DNA of 28,724 nucleotides from Candidatus Omnitrophota bacterium (GTDB taxonomy: Bacteria; Omnitrophota; Omnitrophia; Omnitrophales; Aquincolibacteriaceae). The notes below the pieces were generated by a model. It searched no databases, was not told the DNA's origin, and saw only the letters and a list, made by a program, of their open reading frames with translations. Location of the stretch: the NCBI GenBank assembly GCA_043803685.1, contig JAZDJU010000047.1, positions 1 through 28,724 of the forward strand, written 5' to 3'. Positions 1-8,841 of this stretch are shown one piece after another (the stretch's first letter is position 1; every line of letters begins with the position of its first letter). Made by a program: the position numbers and the translations under genes.

Positions 1-72
1 CCACACCTGCGCCATGACGACCGCCATGGGATATTTCAGGCTATGGATCTTATTGAGAATACGCTTGTTCAT
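1..72 (-). CDS. 5' end of a gene running off the window (MNKRILNKIHSLKYPMAVVMAQVW...), possibly beginning with a signal peptide
   Basis: ATG at 72 with a GGAG RBS (78-81) and a sigma70-like promoter just upstream; the frame is open to position 1. Not in the ORF track. Confidence 0.6.
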   Translation of the reverse strand, partial: MNKRILNKIHSLKYPMAVVMAQVW

Positions 73-100
73 ACTTACTCCGTTTTTGACTTACACCGGG

Positions 101-128
101 AATCTAACAGATTTCTTGGATTTGTCAA
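101..128 (-). promoter_or_regulatory. sigma70-type promoter, TTGACA-16nt-TAGATT with extended -10 (TGn)
   Basis: tgtcaa at 123-128 and aatcta at 101-106 on the + strand, upstream of the ATG at 72. Confidence 0.6.
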
Positions 129-182
129 ATTTCTCGAAATGCCGTTCAATAAATTCTTACTGGAATTGTCTCTGCCATGGGC

Positions 183-216
183 TCCCCCTTTCGCAAAGGG
201 GGACCGAGGGGGAATT
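183..216. repeat. REP-like GC-rich hairpin (tcccccttt-cgc-aaaggggga, followed by ccgaggggga)
   Basis: Perfect 9-bp inverted repeat downstream of the amidase stop codon; could also act as a terminator. Confidence 0.6.
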
Positions 217-242
217 CCGGTACGAACTTGGCAAACGACGTA

Positions 243-1103
243 CTAGAAAGCTCTAATGCGGCGCTTGAACTCGTTCCAGGGGAAGAATTTTCCGGGACAT
301 TCGGTGGCAGCTCCCGGAACACCCCGGTGCCCCACGATATTGCTGTCCGGAATGCGGTAGAAACTTTTGAGGGTCACCACGAGGAAAACCAGCGAGTCGA
401 ACATCTTATCGGGAAGCCCCGTTTCGCTGTAATTACCCACGATCGCGATCCCGATCGCCTTTTTGTTCCAGTCCCCCTGCTTAGTATGAGCGCCATCCGT
501 CTGCTTCATCCAGCGAGGCCCCACCTCGATCTGACCGTTCGTTTTTCCACGCGTGCCGTTATCGATCAGAAAATCGTACCCCATCCCATTCTCCCAGCCA
601 CGTTTCTGATGAAGGCCATCAATGCTATAGGCGCTTCCTTGATCAGTCGCGGTATGATGAATGACAATGTGAGTCCATCGCGTGGTCGGAAAAAGCTGGA
701 TATTCGCCCGAGGACCCCGCGTGTTCGGGATCAAAAGTTTCATCCCCTTCTTGAGCTGGGTCTTGTTCGTTAAATGGTTCACCCGCATGATCGTCGCCAT
801 GTCGACGCTGTAAATGCTCGAGATACGCCAAAGCGTCTCGTACGGCCCGACCTCATGATAGATATCACGAAGAGCACCCGACGGGGCCGGAAGAACCGTG
901 GTGATCGCAGAGATCCGCTGAGGCTGATGGAATCCCACCGGAGGAGCACTGGGGCGAGACGAAGCACAACCCGAAAAAAAACTCGCGCCCGCCAGGAGAA
1001 CGATGAACATCCAGGAGTAACTGCCCGAAACCCTGTTCGTGGATCGTGGAGATAGCACGTTATGAAACCCTTTTACTTTTTTGAGCCCTGGAATGCCAGG
1101 CAT
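243..1103 (-). CDS. LysM-domain N-acetylmuramoyl-L-alanine amidase (Amidase_2 family), probable lipoprotein
   Basis: Lipobox-like FFSGC; LysM-like YHEVGPYETLWRISSIYSVD...NHL...LKKGMKLLIP; amidase motifs IVIHHT, GYDFLI, GAH, IGIAIVGN, IVGHR, TECPG. The true start may be downstream (e.g. ATG at 1010). Confidence 0.88.
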   Translation of the reverse strand: MPGIPGLKKVKGFHNVLSPRSTNRVSGSYSWMFIVLLAGASFFSGCASSRPSAPPVGFHQPQRISAITTVLPAPSGALRDIYHEVGPYETLWRISSIYSVDMATIMRVNHLTNKTQLKKGMKLLIPNTRGPRANIQLFPTTRWTHIVIHHTATDQGSAYSIDGLHQKRGWENGMGYDFLIDNGTRGKTNGQIEVGPRWMKQTDGAHTKQGDWNKKAIGIAIVGNYSETGLPDKMFDSLVFLVVTLKSFYRIPDSNIVGHRGVPGAATECPGKFFPWNEFKRRIRAF

Positions 1104-1115
1104 CGAATGATCTCT

Positions 1116-3989
1116 TCAGCTTCGGCTTTTCAAAAATGCCGCCATCTTCTTTTGAAAAGCGCCAAAGCCTGACGCGAGATTCGATCCTAGTTCTACGGCA
1201 AGGATCGGAAGGCCTTTACTGGAGATCGCTTCATAATCCCCCATCGCCTGAGCCTGCTTGAGCTGACTGAAGCCGTAAACCTCTCCAGGGATCTTCACAT
1301 CCTTCGCGTCCTTCACAAAGAACTCAATAAAGATGCCCTGCTTCGGCCCGCCTTTGTAGAGCTGACCGATGGAGTGAAGATACCGGGGACCAAAACCGGA
1401 AAGCACCGGGACTTGTAAACCCGAGGCCATGGACTTCTGCAATCCTTGAAGAGCTTTCTTCGCGACCGGCGAGCGATCCACATAGGCCAAAAGCGACACA
1501 AATCCGTCCTTGGGCAACTTGGCAAAAAAAGCTTCCAGCATTTTCTTATCCGCCGGCGTAAGCATCACCTTCTTGGAAACAAGAACCTTTCCGGGCTTCG
1601 GAAGGGCTTTTTTCTTGCGCACATCTTCCAAAAGCCGGTTCGTGATGTTCTTCGACTCCGTCACGTTCGGCTCATCGAAGGGATTCACCTTGAGGACCAC
1701 GCTCGCGAAACTCGTCGCGACTTCCCAACGCAGGAACTCCCCGCCCACGTTCGTCCCGTCGCTCCACACAAAATCCAGGACCGGGAATCCTTTGGCTTTG
1801 AGCGCCTTGATGCGGGCGGCCCACAGCTTCTCATTCTCGCTCTTGAGCCGCAACATGACGAACACACGATCACTGCCATAGCGCTCGAGATCAAGTGGCG
1901 CCTCGCCGGCCACCGGCGTGATCCCCTTACCGTCTTTCCCCGTGCTCTCGGCGATCAATTGCTCGGCCCAATCCGCAAAGGAGGCCAATACAGGAGAAGT
2001 CCAGAAAGTAAGTTTGTCTTTTCCCTTGAGCGCCAATGCTCCTAAAAGGATCCCGAGCGAGATCCCTTCGTTCTTGGCAATATCGGTCGTCGAGCGCATC
2101 GCGCCAAGAAAACGTCCGGCATCGGCAAGTACCTGGCGCACGTCGATCCCCAAAAGCGCGGCAGGCACAAGCCCGAAAAAGGACAATGCTGAATAGCGTC
2201 CGCCGATGTCCTGAGGATTCAGGAAAAGTCCGCCAAAGGTCTTGCTGCGTCCCAAAGCTTCCAACGGTGAACCGTGGTCGGTGACAATGACGAACCGCTC
2301 CGCCGCCTTGTTCTCGTCACCTTTGTAGAACTTTTTGACCCTATCAAAGAAATACTGATACTGAGAACGCGTCTCGATCGTGGAACCGGACTTCGAACCC
2401 ACGAGAAACATCGTCGAAGGATAGCGGACGACTTTTTCGACCTTGAGAATGCTGGCGGGATCCGTGGTGTCAAGCAGATGGAACCGGATACCCTTCGCTG
2501 CGCCTTTTACCTTATGCGCGGGTTTCGAGAGAATAAGCGACAGAACTTCCGCCGCGAGGCTGGAGCCGCCCATCCCAAGAAGAACAATATCACGGACTTT
2601 GCTCGTGAAAACCTTCGCCTGAAGCTCGTCGATCTCATAAAGCTGCCCGGCGATCTTCTCGCAGTTATCCACCCAGCCCAAACGGTTGAGGATCACTTTC
2701 TTATGGGCTTCATCATTCGACCAAAGCGTCGGATCCTTCGCCAGCCAGCGGCTATGCACATTCTTCTTCGCGAGTTGGGCCAGCGTGTCCGCTGCATTTT
2801 TTTCGAGTTTTTCGGGTAATGAGATATTCACCTTAACGTTCGAGGCCATTTTGATGTCTCTTTTCTTTTCTAAGGTTGTCATGAGGGATTCAAAGGAGTT
2901 GACGAAAGATTTCACGCCGTCTTTCTGCAAACGGTCGCAGACTTGATGGATATCGATGCCAACCCCCTTCAATTCGACGATCGCCGTTTCGGCATCGATC
3001 ATATTTTCTTCCACCGAACCCGGCCGGATCTCGCCGTGGGCCAAAAGCGCTTCCCAGGTGTTTTGCGGGAGTGTGTTCACGGTATCTTTCCCGACCAGGG
3101 TCTCCACATAGATCAGATCCGGATAGCTCGGGTTCTTGCAACTGGTGCTGGCCCAAAGAGGCTTCTGGACGAACGCCCCTTGGCTCTTGAGCGTTTGAAA
3201 TCGGGACGAGCCGAAAAGCTCCGTAAATGTCCGATAGACCATTTTGGAATTCGCGACCGCCGCTTTGCCCTTGAGACCTGCCAAAAGCGTTCTTTTCGCG
3301 AGGTCCTTTTCGACCGCGATCCTGGCGTCGAGCTGTTTATCAATGTCGGTGTCGATGCGACTTACAAAAACGCTCGCCACGGAATGGACCGTAGAAAGGT
3401 CGCCGCCTCTCTTCGCAAAAGCTTCAAGCCCGTTCAGATACGCCTCAGCCACATCCCGGTAATTTCTCTGGGAGAAGATCAGTGTCACGTTAACGTTGAT
3501 CCCTTCCCCGATCAGCCGGCGAACGGCGCAAACTCCCTGCTCAGTGGCCGGCACCTTGATCATGACGTTCGGACGGTTCACGAGGGAGTAAAGCCGACGC
3601 GCTTCCGCGACCGTCGCTTCTTCGTTGAATGCCAGGTTGGGAAGCACTTCCAGGCTCACGAACCCGTGTTCACCGTGGGTCTTCTCGAACACCGGAAGGA
3701 AAAGGTCACAGGCTTCGCGAATATCCTGGGTGGTCAAAGCGTCATAGATCTCTACGGTGCTCGCCCCGCGTTTCAGGAGCTTTTGAATGTCCTGCTCATA
3801 CCCTTCGCCCTGGCTGATCGCTTGCTGGAAAATGGAGGGATTGGATGTCACGCCGAGAAGACCATCTTCTTCAATGTAGGCCTTCAGCGTTCCGGATTTT
3901 AAAAGTTTGCGGCTGATCGTGTCCAGCCACGGGCCCTGACCGGCCTTATAAAGTTCAACACTCGGTAAACCTGTCACACACGCGTCCAT
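1116..3989 (-). CDS. tal-pgi: bifunctional transaldolase / glucose-6-phosphate isomerase
   Basis: Transaldolase motifs GVTSNPSIF, VMIKVPAT, NVTLIFS, VASVFVSRID, LWASTSCKNP; PGI/SIS motifs LLGMGGSSL, SKSGSTIET, IGGRYSALS, QLIAESTGK, NPFDEPNV. Confidence 0.93.
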   Translation of the reverse strand: MDACVTGLPSVELYKAGQGPWLDTISRKLLKSGTLKAYIEEDGLLGVTSNPSIFQQAISQGEGYEQDIQKLLKRGASTVEIYDALTTQDIREACDLFLPVFEKTHGEHGFVSLEVLPNLAFNEEATVAEARRLYSLVNRPNVMIKVPATEQGVCAVRRLIGEGINVNVTLIFSQRNYRDVAEAYLNGLEAFAKRGGDLSTVHSVASVFVSRIDTDIDKQLDARIAVEKDLAKRTLLAGLKGKAAVANSKMVYRTFTELFGSSRFQTLKSQGAFVQKPLWASTSCKNPSYPDLIYVETLVGKDTVNTLPQNTWEALLAHGEIRPGSVEENMIDAETAIVELKGVGIDIHQVCDRLQKDGVKSFVNSFESLMTTLEKKRDIKMASNVKVNISLPEKLEKNAADTLAQLAKKNVHSRWLAKDPTLWSNDEAHKKVILNRLGWVDNCEKIAGQLYEIDELQAKVFTSKVRDIVLLGMGGSSLAAEVLSLILSKPAHKVKGAAKGIRFHLLDTTDPASILKVEKVVRYPSTMFLVGSKSGSTIETRSQYQYFFDRVKKFYKGDENKAAERFVIVTDHGSPLEALGRSKTFGGLFLNPQDIGGRYSALSFFGLVPAALLGIDVRQVLADAGRFLGAMRSTTDIAKNEGISLGILLGALALKGKDKLTFWTSPVLASFADWAEQLIAESTGKDGKGITPVAGEAPLDLERYGSDRVFVMLRLKSENEKLWAARIKALKAKGFPVLDFVWSDGTNVGGEFLRWEVATSFASVVLKVNPFDEPNVTESKNITNRLLEDVRKKKALPKPGKVLVSKKVMLTPADKKMLEAFFAKLPKDGFVSLLAYVDRSPVAKKALQGLQKSMASGLQVPVLSGFGPRYLHSIGQLYKGGPKQGIFIEFFVKDAKDVKIPGEVYGFSQLKQAQAMGDYEAISSKGLPILAVELGSNLASGFGAFQKKMAAFLKSRS

Positions 3990-4046
3990 AATATTCCTCG
4001 TTTAATTTAGAAAGATTGTGATTGAGGCGGGGGGAAATTGTTGCGA

Positions 4047-4076
4047 AGTATAACATGACGAACAGGGGCTATTCAA
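4047..4076 (-). promoter_or_regulatory. putative promoter for tal-pgi, TTGAAT-18nt-TATACT with extended -10
   Basis: agtata at 4047-4052, preceded on the minus strand by TGT; attcaa at 4071-4076. Confidence 0.5.
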
Positions 4077-5163
4077 TCAAGCTTTCGTTCGGCCCCGCGG
4101 CATGCCGGATCCTCGCGATCAGCTCCTGAACGCCCTGTTTCTGCGCCGCGGAGATCAGGACCGCTTCCGGAAAAACATCCTGGATACGGGCCTGCTCGAT
4201 GGGCGCAAGCAGGTCAATCTTATTGAGCGCGAGAAGCTTCGGCCTGGCTTCCGCGCCCAGTTCTTTCAAGACCTCATCCACCACCCGTTTATGCTGAAGC
4301 GCATGCTCGCCCGAGGCGTCGACCACGATCAGGATCAGGTCTGCTTCCAGGACTTCTTCCAGCGTCGCATGGAAAGCTTTCACGAGCCCGTGCGGCAGAT
4401 CCCGGATAAAACCCACGGTGTCTGTAAAAAGAATGGCGGGACCACTCCCATCTTCATAGATCCGCGTCTTGGGATCCAGCGTAGCGAAAAGCCGGTTCTC
4501 CACATAGGCATCCGCCTTGGTCAAGGCATTGAGGAGCGTTGATTTTCCGGCATTCGTGTAGCCGACGATCGCCACCTGCCGGAGCCCTTTTTGGCGACGC
4601 CCCTGACGCAACTGGGCCCGGTGCGTCCGGAGCTTCTCAAGCTGTTCCTGAATATAAGTGATGCGCTTGCGGATCTTGCGCCGGTCCACTTCGAGTTTTT
4701 GTTCGCCGGGTCCGCGGGTCCCGATACCGCCGCCGAGTCGCGACATGATCACGCCCTGTCCCACAAGCCGCGGCAGAAGATACTGCATCTGCGCGAGCTC
4801 AACCTGAAGCTTTCCGTCGCTTGAGACCGCGCGCCGGGCAAAAATATCGAGAATGAGACCGGTCCTGTCGACGATCCTCGCGCCGCACTCGGTTTCAAGG
4901 TTCCGAGCCTGAACAGGTGACAGATCCACACTGAAGATCAATACATTCGCCCCCGTCCTCGCGATCTCCTCCCGAAGCTCCTCGATCTTCCCTCCGCGGA
5001 TAAAGTGGCTTGGACTCGGATGCGGGACACTTGCCGTAAGACTCGCGACCACGCCCCCTTGGGCTGATTCCGTGAGTTCCGTCATCTCTTCGAGAATGTC
5101 CCGGATATCCGGCTGGCTCCGGTCACCCGTTTTGATGATCACAAGACAAACTTTATCGCGCAT
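4069..5163 (-). CDS. hflX: GTPase HflX
   Basis: DRTGLILDIFARRA, GKLQVELAQ, RGPGEQKLEVDRR, VGYTNAGKSTL, LFATLDP, DTVGFI, NKID. Start placed at ATG 5163 because the longer GTG start lies in a repeat tract. Confidence 0.95.
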   Translation of the reverse strand: MRDKVCLVIIKTGDRSQPDIRDILEEMTELTESAQGGVVASLTASVPHPSPSHFIRGGKIEELREEIARTGANVLIFSVDLSPVQARNLETECGARIVDRTGLILDIFARRAVSSDGKLQVELAQMQYLLPRLVGQGVIMSRLGGGIGTRGPGEQKLEVDRRKIRKRITYIQEQLEKLRTHRAQLRQGRRQKGLRQVAIVGYTNAGKSTLLNALTKADAYVENRLFATLDPKTRIYEDGSGPAILFTDTVGFIRDLPHGLVKAFHATLEEVLEADLILIVVDASGEHALQHKRVVDEVLKELGAEARPKLLALNKIDLLAPIEQARIQDVFPEAVLISAAQKQGVQELIARIRHAAGPNESLIE

Positions 5164-5174
5164 AAAAACGCTCC

Positions 5175-5225
5175 TCGAGCCAAGCACCACGGGCCACGTG
5201 GCTCGTGGGTCGTGGCTCGTGGCTC
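5175..5225. repeat. inverted heptamer tandem repeat (CCACGnn / CGTGGCT family)
   Basis: gagccaa gcaccac gggccac followed by gtggctc gtgggtc gtggctc gtggctc, between miaA and hflX. Confidence 0.8.
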
Positions 5226-5249
5226 AAACGTATTTCGTCCAAAGGATTC

Positions 5250-6215
5250 CTAAAAAGCATTTTTCATTAACCTCAAAATAAAATCCCGAACCGGTCCGGC
5301 CGGAACGGCTTCCGGCCACCAAACCCAGCGAATGCTTCGCTCCCGTTTGAACCAGGTCCACTGCCTTTTGGCAAAATGGCGCGTTGTTTGTTTGATCCTG
5401 TCCTTTACTTTCACAAGCGGCTCCTCGCTCCCAGCGCGAATCCAACTCAGCGTTTCTTTGTATCCCACTCCCTGAAGCGCCGTCGCGGAAAAACCTTTTC
5501 GCGCGAGCCGTTTCACTTCGCGCACCAGCCCTTTACGGAACATCGCGTCCACACGCCGGTTGATCTTTTGATAAAGAGCTTCGCGGTCCCGGTGAATACC
5601 GATCACCACAGGCCGGTATCCAAGTTCTTTGAGCCCCGGGGCTTTAGGAACTGTCTCGGAAGGCTTTTTCCCCGAAGCAAGATAGATCTCCAGAGCTCGA
5701 ATAATGCGACGCTGGTTGTGCGGCCCAATAGCCTTGGCCCTCTTAGGATCTAGCTTGAGAAGACGCTCATAGAGGGCCGGCAAACCCTTCTCCAAGGCCT
5801 CCTGCTCGAGTTTTCGCCTCAGGACAACCTGAGTGCCGGGTAGAGGAGAAAGTCCCTCCAAGAGAGCCCTAACGTAAAAACCTGTCCCCCCTGCCACGAT
5901 AGGAACTTTGCCACGTTTAACGATATCCCGGATGGCTTTGAGAGCATAACGGCGATAGGCAAAAACCGAGAAGTTTTTTGTGGGCGGAATAAGATCCATA
6001 CCCTGATGCGGAACGCCTGCGCGCTCTTTTGCTGTAGGTTTCGCGGTTCCGATATCCATCCCCTTGTAAACGAGCATGGAATCCGCGGAGAGGACTTCGC
6101 CGCCGACCTTTTTCGCGAGCGCGACCGCAAGCGCCGATTTCCCCGAAGCCGTAGGACCGACGATGAAGAGAACCAAAGGAGAACGTGTCAGAGTATCAGC
6201 GTGTCGACGTGTCAA
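5250..6215 (-). CDS. miaA: tRNA dimethylallyltransferase
   Basis: IVGPTASGKS, SADSMLVYKGMDIGTAKP, GGTGFY, RRIIRALE, GVGYKE, TRHFAKRQWTWF. Probable TTG start at 6215 overlapping the upstream TGA. Confidence 0.95.
   Translation of the reverse strand: MTRRHADTLTRSPLVLFIVGPTASGKSALAVALAKKVGGEVLSADSMLVYKGMDIGTAKPTAKERAGVPHQGMDLIPPTKNFSVFAYRRYALKAIRDIVKRGKVPIVAGGTGFYVRALLEGLSPLPGTQVVLRRKLEQEALEKGLPALYERLLKLDPKRAKAIGPHNQRRIIRALEIYLASGKKPSETVPKAPGLKELGYRPVVIGIHRDREALYQKINRRVDAMFRKGLVREVKRLARKGFSATALQGVGYKETLSWIRAGSEEPLVKVKDRIKQTTRHFAKRQWTWFKRERSIRWVWWPEAVPAGPVRDFILRLMKNAF
6183..6214. repeat. octamer tandem repeat (acgtgtca/gagtatca), inverted relative to the tract at 6598-6661
   Basis: acgtgtca gagtatca gcgtgtcg acgtgtca. 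Confidence 0.75.
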
Positions 6216-6577
6216 AGTTTTGAACGAACCCCGCGAATAAATGCCGTCAACAGAAGGCCCAATTCGCACCGTTTCTTTTCTAGCAGCTCGTAATCAAGCG
6301 CATTCAGATAGGTGAGATCCCTTGAAAATTCCAACAAATACTCGGACTCCACCAAAGACCGGTTCGCAATATTGAGGAAATTCAGAAAATCCCTTTTGCT
6401 GACACTGGCTTGACCTTCAACAATGTTCAAAGCTACAGACAGCGCCGCCCTGCGAAACTGGGAGGTAATCCCATACAGCTCCTCGCGGGGAAAAATCTTT
6501 GTGGCCTTGTATACCGCCAAGGCATACTCGTTCGCTTTCTCCCACACTCGTAGTTTTTTATACCCTTTTTCACTCAC
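6212..6577 (-). CDS. four-helix-bundle protein (23S rRNA intervening-sequence protein family)
   Basis: YKKLRVWEKA...YKATKIFPREELYGITSQFRRAALSVALNIVEG...FLNIANRSLVE is the family signature; GGAGGA RBS before GTG at 6577. Confidence 0.9.
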   Translation of the reverse strand: MSEKGYKKLRVWEKANEYALAVYKATKIFPREELYGITSQFRRAALSVALNIVEGQASVSKRDFLNFLNIANRSLVESEYLLEFSRDLTYLNALDYELLEKKRCELGLLLTAFIRGVRSKL

Positions 6578-6597
6578 CGCACATCCTCCGGACATGC

Positions 6598-6661
6598 TGA
6601 CACTTTGATACTCTGATACTTTGATACTATCATTCTTTGACGCTCAGATACTCAGACACAG
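6598..6661. repeat. octamer tandem repeat x8 (consensus TGATACTY)
   Basis: tgacactt tgatactc tgatactt tgatacta tcattctt tgacgctc agatactc agacacag. Confidence 0.8.
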
Positions 6662-6663
6662 CT

Positions 6664-8325
6664 TTACATACTCTCCGGCTGGGAGATACCGAGGAGCTCG
6701 AGTCCGTTGCGGAGAACGATGCGGGTGGCGTCGGCCAAAAGAAGCCGTGCCTTGGTCAGTTCCTTGTCCTCCGTGACTACGCGGTGATGGCTGTAGAACT
6801 TGTGAAAGGATGCGGCGACCTGCCGCAGATAATCCGCGAGACGGTACGGCTTCGTCGAACGACTTGCCTGGATCAGATAATCGGAAAATTGCGAGAGACA
6901 GCCGATCAGCTCCGATTCTTCCGTCGTGGCGAGCAACTTGAGATCCACTTTGGCGGTAATACCCTGCTCGGCGTACTTGGCAAGACTCGCGATGCGGGCG
7001 TGAGCATACTGAAGATAAAAAACAGGATTCTCCTGCGATTGTTCCTTGGCTAGATCAAGATCAAAATCAAGATGACTTTCCTGCCGGCGCATCACAAAGA
7101 AAAATCGCGTCGCATCAACACCCACTTCGTCATAGAGTTCCTTGAGGGTTACAAACTCTCCAGCCCGCGTGGACATGCGCACCGGCTGCCCTTTTCTGAA
7201 AAGAGTGGTCAACTGAACGATCCCGATATGAATAGCTTCCGGCGGATAACCGAGCACCTGGCAGGCGGCCTTGAGGCGCGGTATATAACCGTGATGGTCG
7301 GGCCCCCAGAAATTGACAAGCATGTTGTAGCCGCGTTCGTATTTTGAAAGATGATAAGCGATGTCCGGCGCCAGATACGTGTATTCCCCGGTGGATTTTT
7401 TGACCACCCGGTCCTTGTCGTCCCCGAGATCGGTCGAACGGAACCAGAGCGCCCCTTCGTTTTCGAAAAGATAGCCTTTCTTTTTCAGAACCTCGAGCGC
7501 GTGTTCCACGGCGTGCTTCGCGTAAAGAGTCTTCTCGCTGAAGTAATGATCAAAATGGACCCGCATCTTGGCGAGGTCTTCTTCGATCGAGCCCATGAGA
7601 TACTTCACCGCGTAGAGCCCGCAATACTCGACCGCTTTTTCCTCGGGATCCTTGAGCAAACTGTCCCTTTTTTCTTTTTCGATGATGTCGCGGGCGATCT
7701 CGCGAACATAGTCGCCCTGATAACCATCCTCAGGGAAAGGCATTTCCATGCCGAGGAGCTCGTTGTAGCGGACCCACACGCTTTGCGCGAGCATCCGCAT
7801 CTGGCGACCCGCGTCGTTCAGATAATATTCCGAGTGCACCGTGTGGCCCGTGAACTTGAGAATGCGAGCGAGGCAATCCCCGATGGCGGCCTGGCGGCCA
7901 TGCGCGATCGTAAGCGGCCCCGTGGGATTCGCGCTCACGAATTCCAGGATCGCCTTCTTCCCTTTTCCAAAATCCGACTTACCGTAATCCTTGTCTTGTT
8001 TATGGATCTCAAGGAGCACGGCACCCAGATCTTCTTTTCTGAGATAAAAATTGATGAATCCGCCACCGGCGAGTTCCGTCTTCTCGACAAGAGAATCCTT
8101 CGCGGACTTCTGCTCGATCAGGCTCATCAGACCCGCGGCGATCTCCGAGGGTTTCTGCCGAGTGACCTTGGCGAGCTTGAAGGCGACATTGCACGAAAGG
8201 TCCCCGTGCTGACTGTCTTTGGGAGGATGGAGGTCGTAAGCAAAGCCCTCAGGCTTTGCGGCGCCCTGCTGGCTGCAATACGCGTCCACTACGGAATTGA
8301 TGAGGATTTCGATCTTGGATTTCAT
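6664..8325 (-). CDS. argS: arginine--tRNA ligase
   Basis: HGDLSCNVAF, GGGFINF, EFVSANPTGPLTIAHGR, DKDRVV, MSTRAGEFVTL, NPVFYLQYAHARI, C-terminal LGISQPESM. Confidence 0.97.
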   Translation of the reverse strand: MKSKIEILINSVVDAYCSQQGAAKPEGFAYDLHPPKDSQHGDLSCNVAFKLAKVTRQKPSEIAAGLMSLIEQKSAKDSLVEKTELAGGGFINFYLRKEDLGAVLLEIHKQDKDYGKSDFGKGKKAILEFVSANPTGPLTIAHGRQAAIGDCLARILKFTGHTVHSEYYLNDAGRQMRMLAQSVWVRYNELLGMEMPFPEDGYQGDYVREIARDIIEKEKRDSLLKDPEEKAVEYCGLYAVKYLMGSIEEDLAKMRVHFDHYFSEKTLYAKHAVEHALEVLKKKGYLFENEGALWFRSTDLGDDKDRVVKKSTGEYTYLAPDIAYHLSKYERGYNMLVNFWGPDHHGYIPRLKAACQVLGYPPEAIHIGIVQLTTLFRKGQPVRMSTRAGEFVTLKELYDEVGVDATRFFFVMRRQESHLDFDLDLAKEQSQENPVFYLQYAHARIASLAKYAEQGITAKVDLKLLATTEESELIGCLSQFSDYLIQASRSTKPYRLADYLRQVAASFHKFYSHHRVVTEDKELTKARLLLADATRIVLRNGLELLGISQPESM

Positions 8326-8330
8326 GATTT

Positions 8331-8408
8331 AGACCGAAGACTGAAGACCTGAGACCACAGACCCAAAGCTTTTCCTGAAGTCCGTAGTCTGTAGTCTGTC
8401 GTCTGTCG
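8331..8408. repeat. inverted heptamer tandem repeat (AGACnnn / nGTCTGT family) filling the rsfS-argS spacer
   Basis: agaccga agactga agacctg agaccac agaccca ... agtccgt agtctgt agtctgt cgtctgt. Confidence 0.8.
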
Positions 8409-8741
8409 TTAGATCTTTTTCGCTTCTCCCCACAGCCGCTCGAGGCCGTAGAATTCGCGGGTTTCATGGTAGAAAATATGAGCGATCACGGGACCGAAAT
8501 CCAGGAGGACCCATTTTCCCTCGGCCAAGCCCTCGACATGGAAGGCAGGCATCTTGCGCTGTTTCATCTCGTCCATAAGATGCATCGCGACGGACTTCAC
8601 ATGCCGGTCGCTATTCCCATGACAGATCAGGAAATAATGCGCAATGCTGGAATGTTTGGAGATATCAAGAAGCACCGGTTCTTCGGCCTTCTTGTCTTCC
8701 GCAAGTGTTCTAAGTAGTTCGGCGATCTTTTTAGGCTGCAA
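8409..8741 (-). CDS. rsfS: ribosome silencing factor RsfS (Iojap)
   Basis: EDKKAEEPVLLD, YFLICHGNSDRHV, WVLLDFGPVIAHIF, REFYGLERLW. Confidence 0.95.
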   Translation of the reverse strand: MQPKKIAELLRTLAEDKKAEEPVLLDISKHSSIAHYFLICHGNSDRHVKSVAMHLMDEMKQRKMPAFHVEGLAEGKWVLLDFGPVIAHIFYHETREFYGLERLWGEAKKI

Positions 8742-8768
8742 GTGATTTCCCTCTCTGAAATTTTTTGG

Positions 8769-8777
8769 ATTATACCA
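8769..8777 (-). promoter_or_regulatory. extended -10 promoter TGGTATAAT upstream of rsfS-argS
   Basis: Consensus TGnTATAAT on the minus strand, about 28 nt before the rsfS start. Confidence 0.65.
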
Positions 8778-8783
8778 CAGCCA

Positions 8784-8809
8784 ATAGCCTATGGCCTATA
8801 GCTTATAGC
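8784..8809. repeat. heptamer tandem repeat (ATAGCCT family)
   Basis: atagcct atggcct atagctt atagc; a weak complementary arm (tagctgc aggctac) follows. Confidence 0.55.
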
Positions 8810-8841
8810 AAAGCGGGTGTTTTTAGCTGCAGGCTACCGAC

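Noticed and set aside
1..246. Plus-strand ORF with LHRESNRFLGFVKFLEM, faintly like DUF4130 proteins
   Set aside because: The resemblance is short. The same DNA is better explained as the promoter, RBS and start of a minus-strand gene, and the ORF runs through a REP-like hairpin.
6212..6577. Four-helix-bundle gene as Avd of a diversity-generating retroelement, or as an rRNA intervening sequence
   Set aside because: No reverse transcriptase, TR/VR pair or rRNA sequence is visible in the window
1446..8352. Long plus-strand ORFs (e.g. 2943-3902, 7351-8352)
   Set aside because: Antisense shadows of well-supported minus-strand genes in GC-rich DNA, with no recognisable motifs
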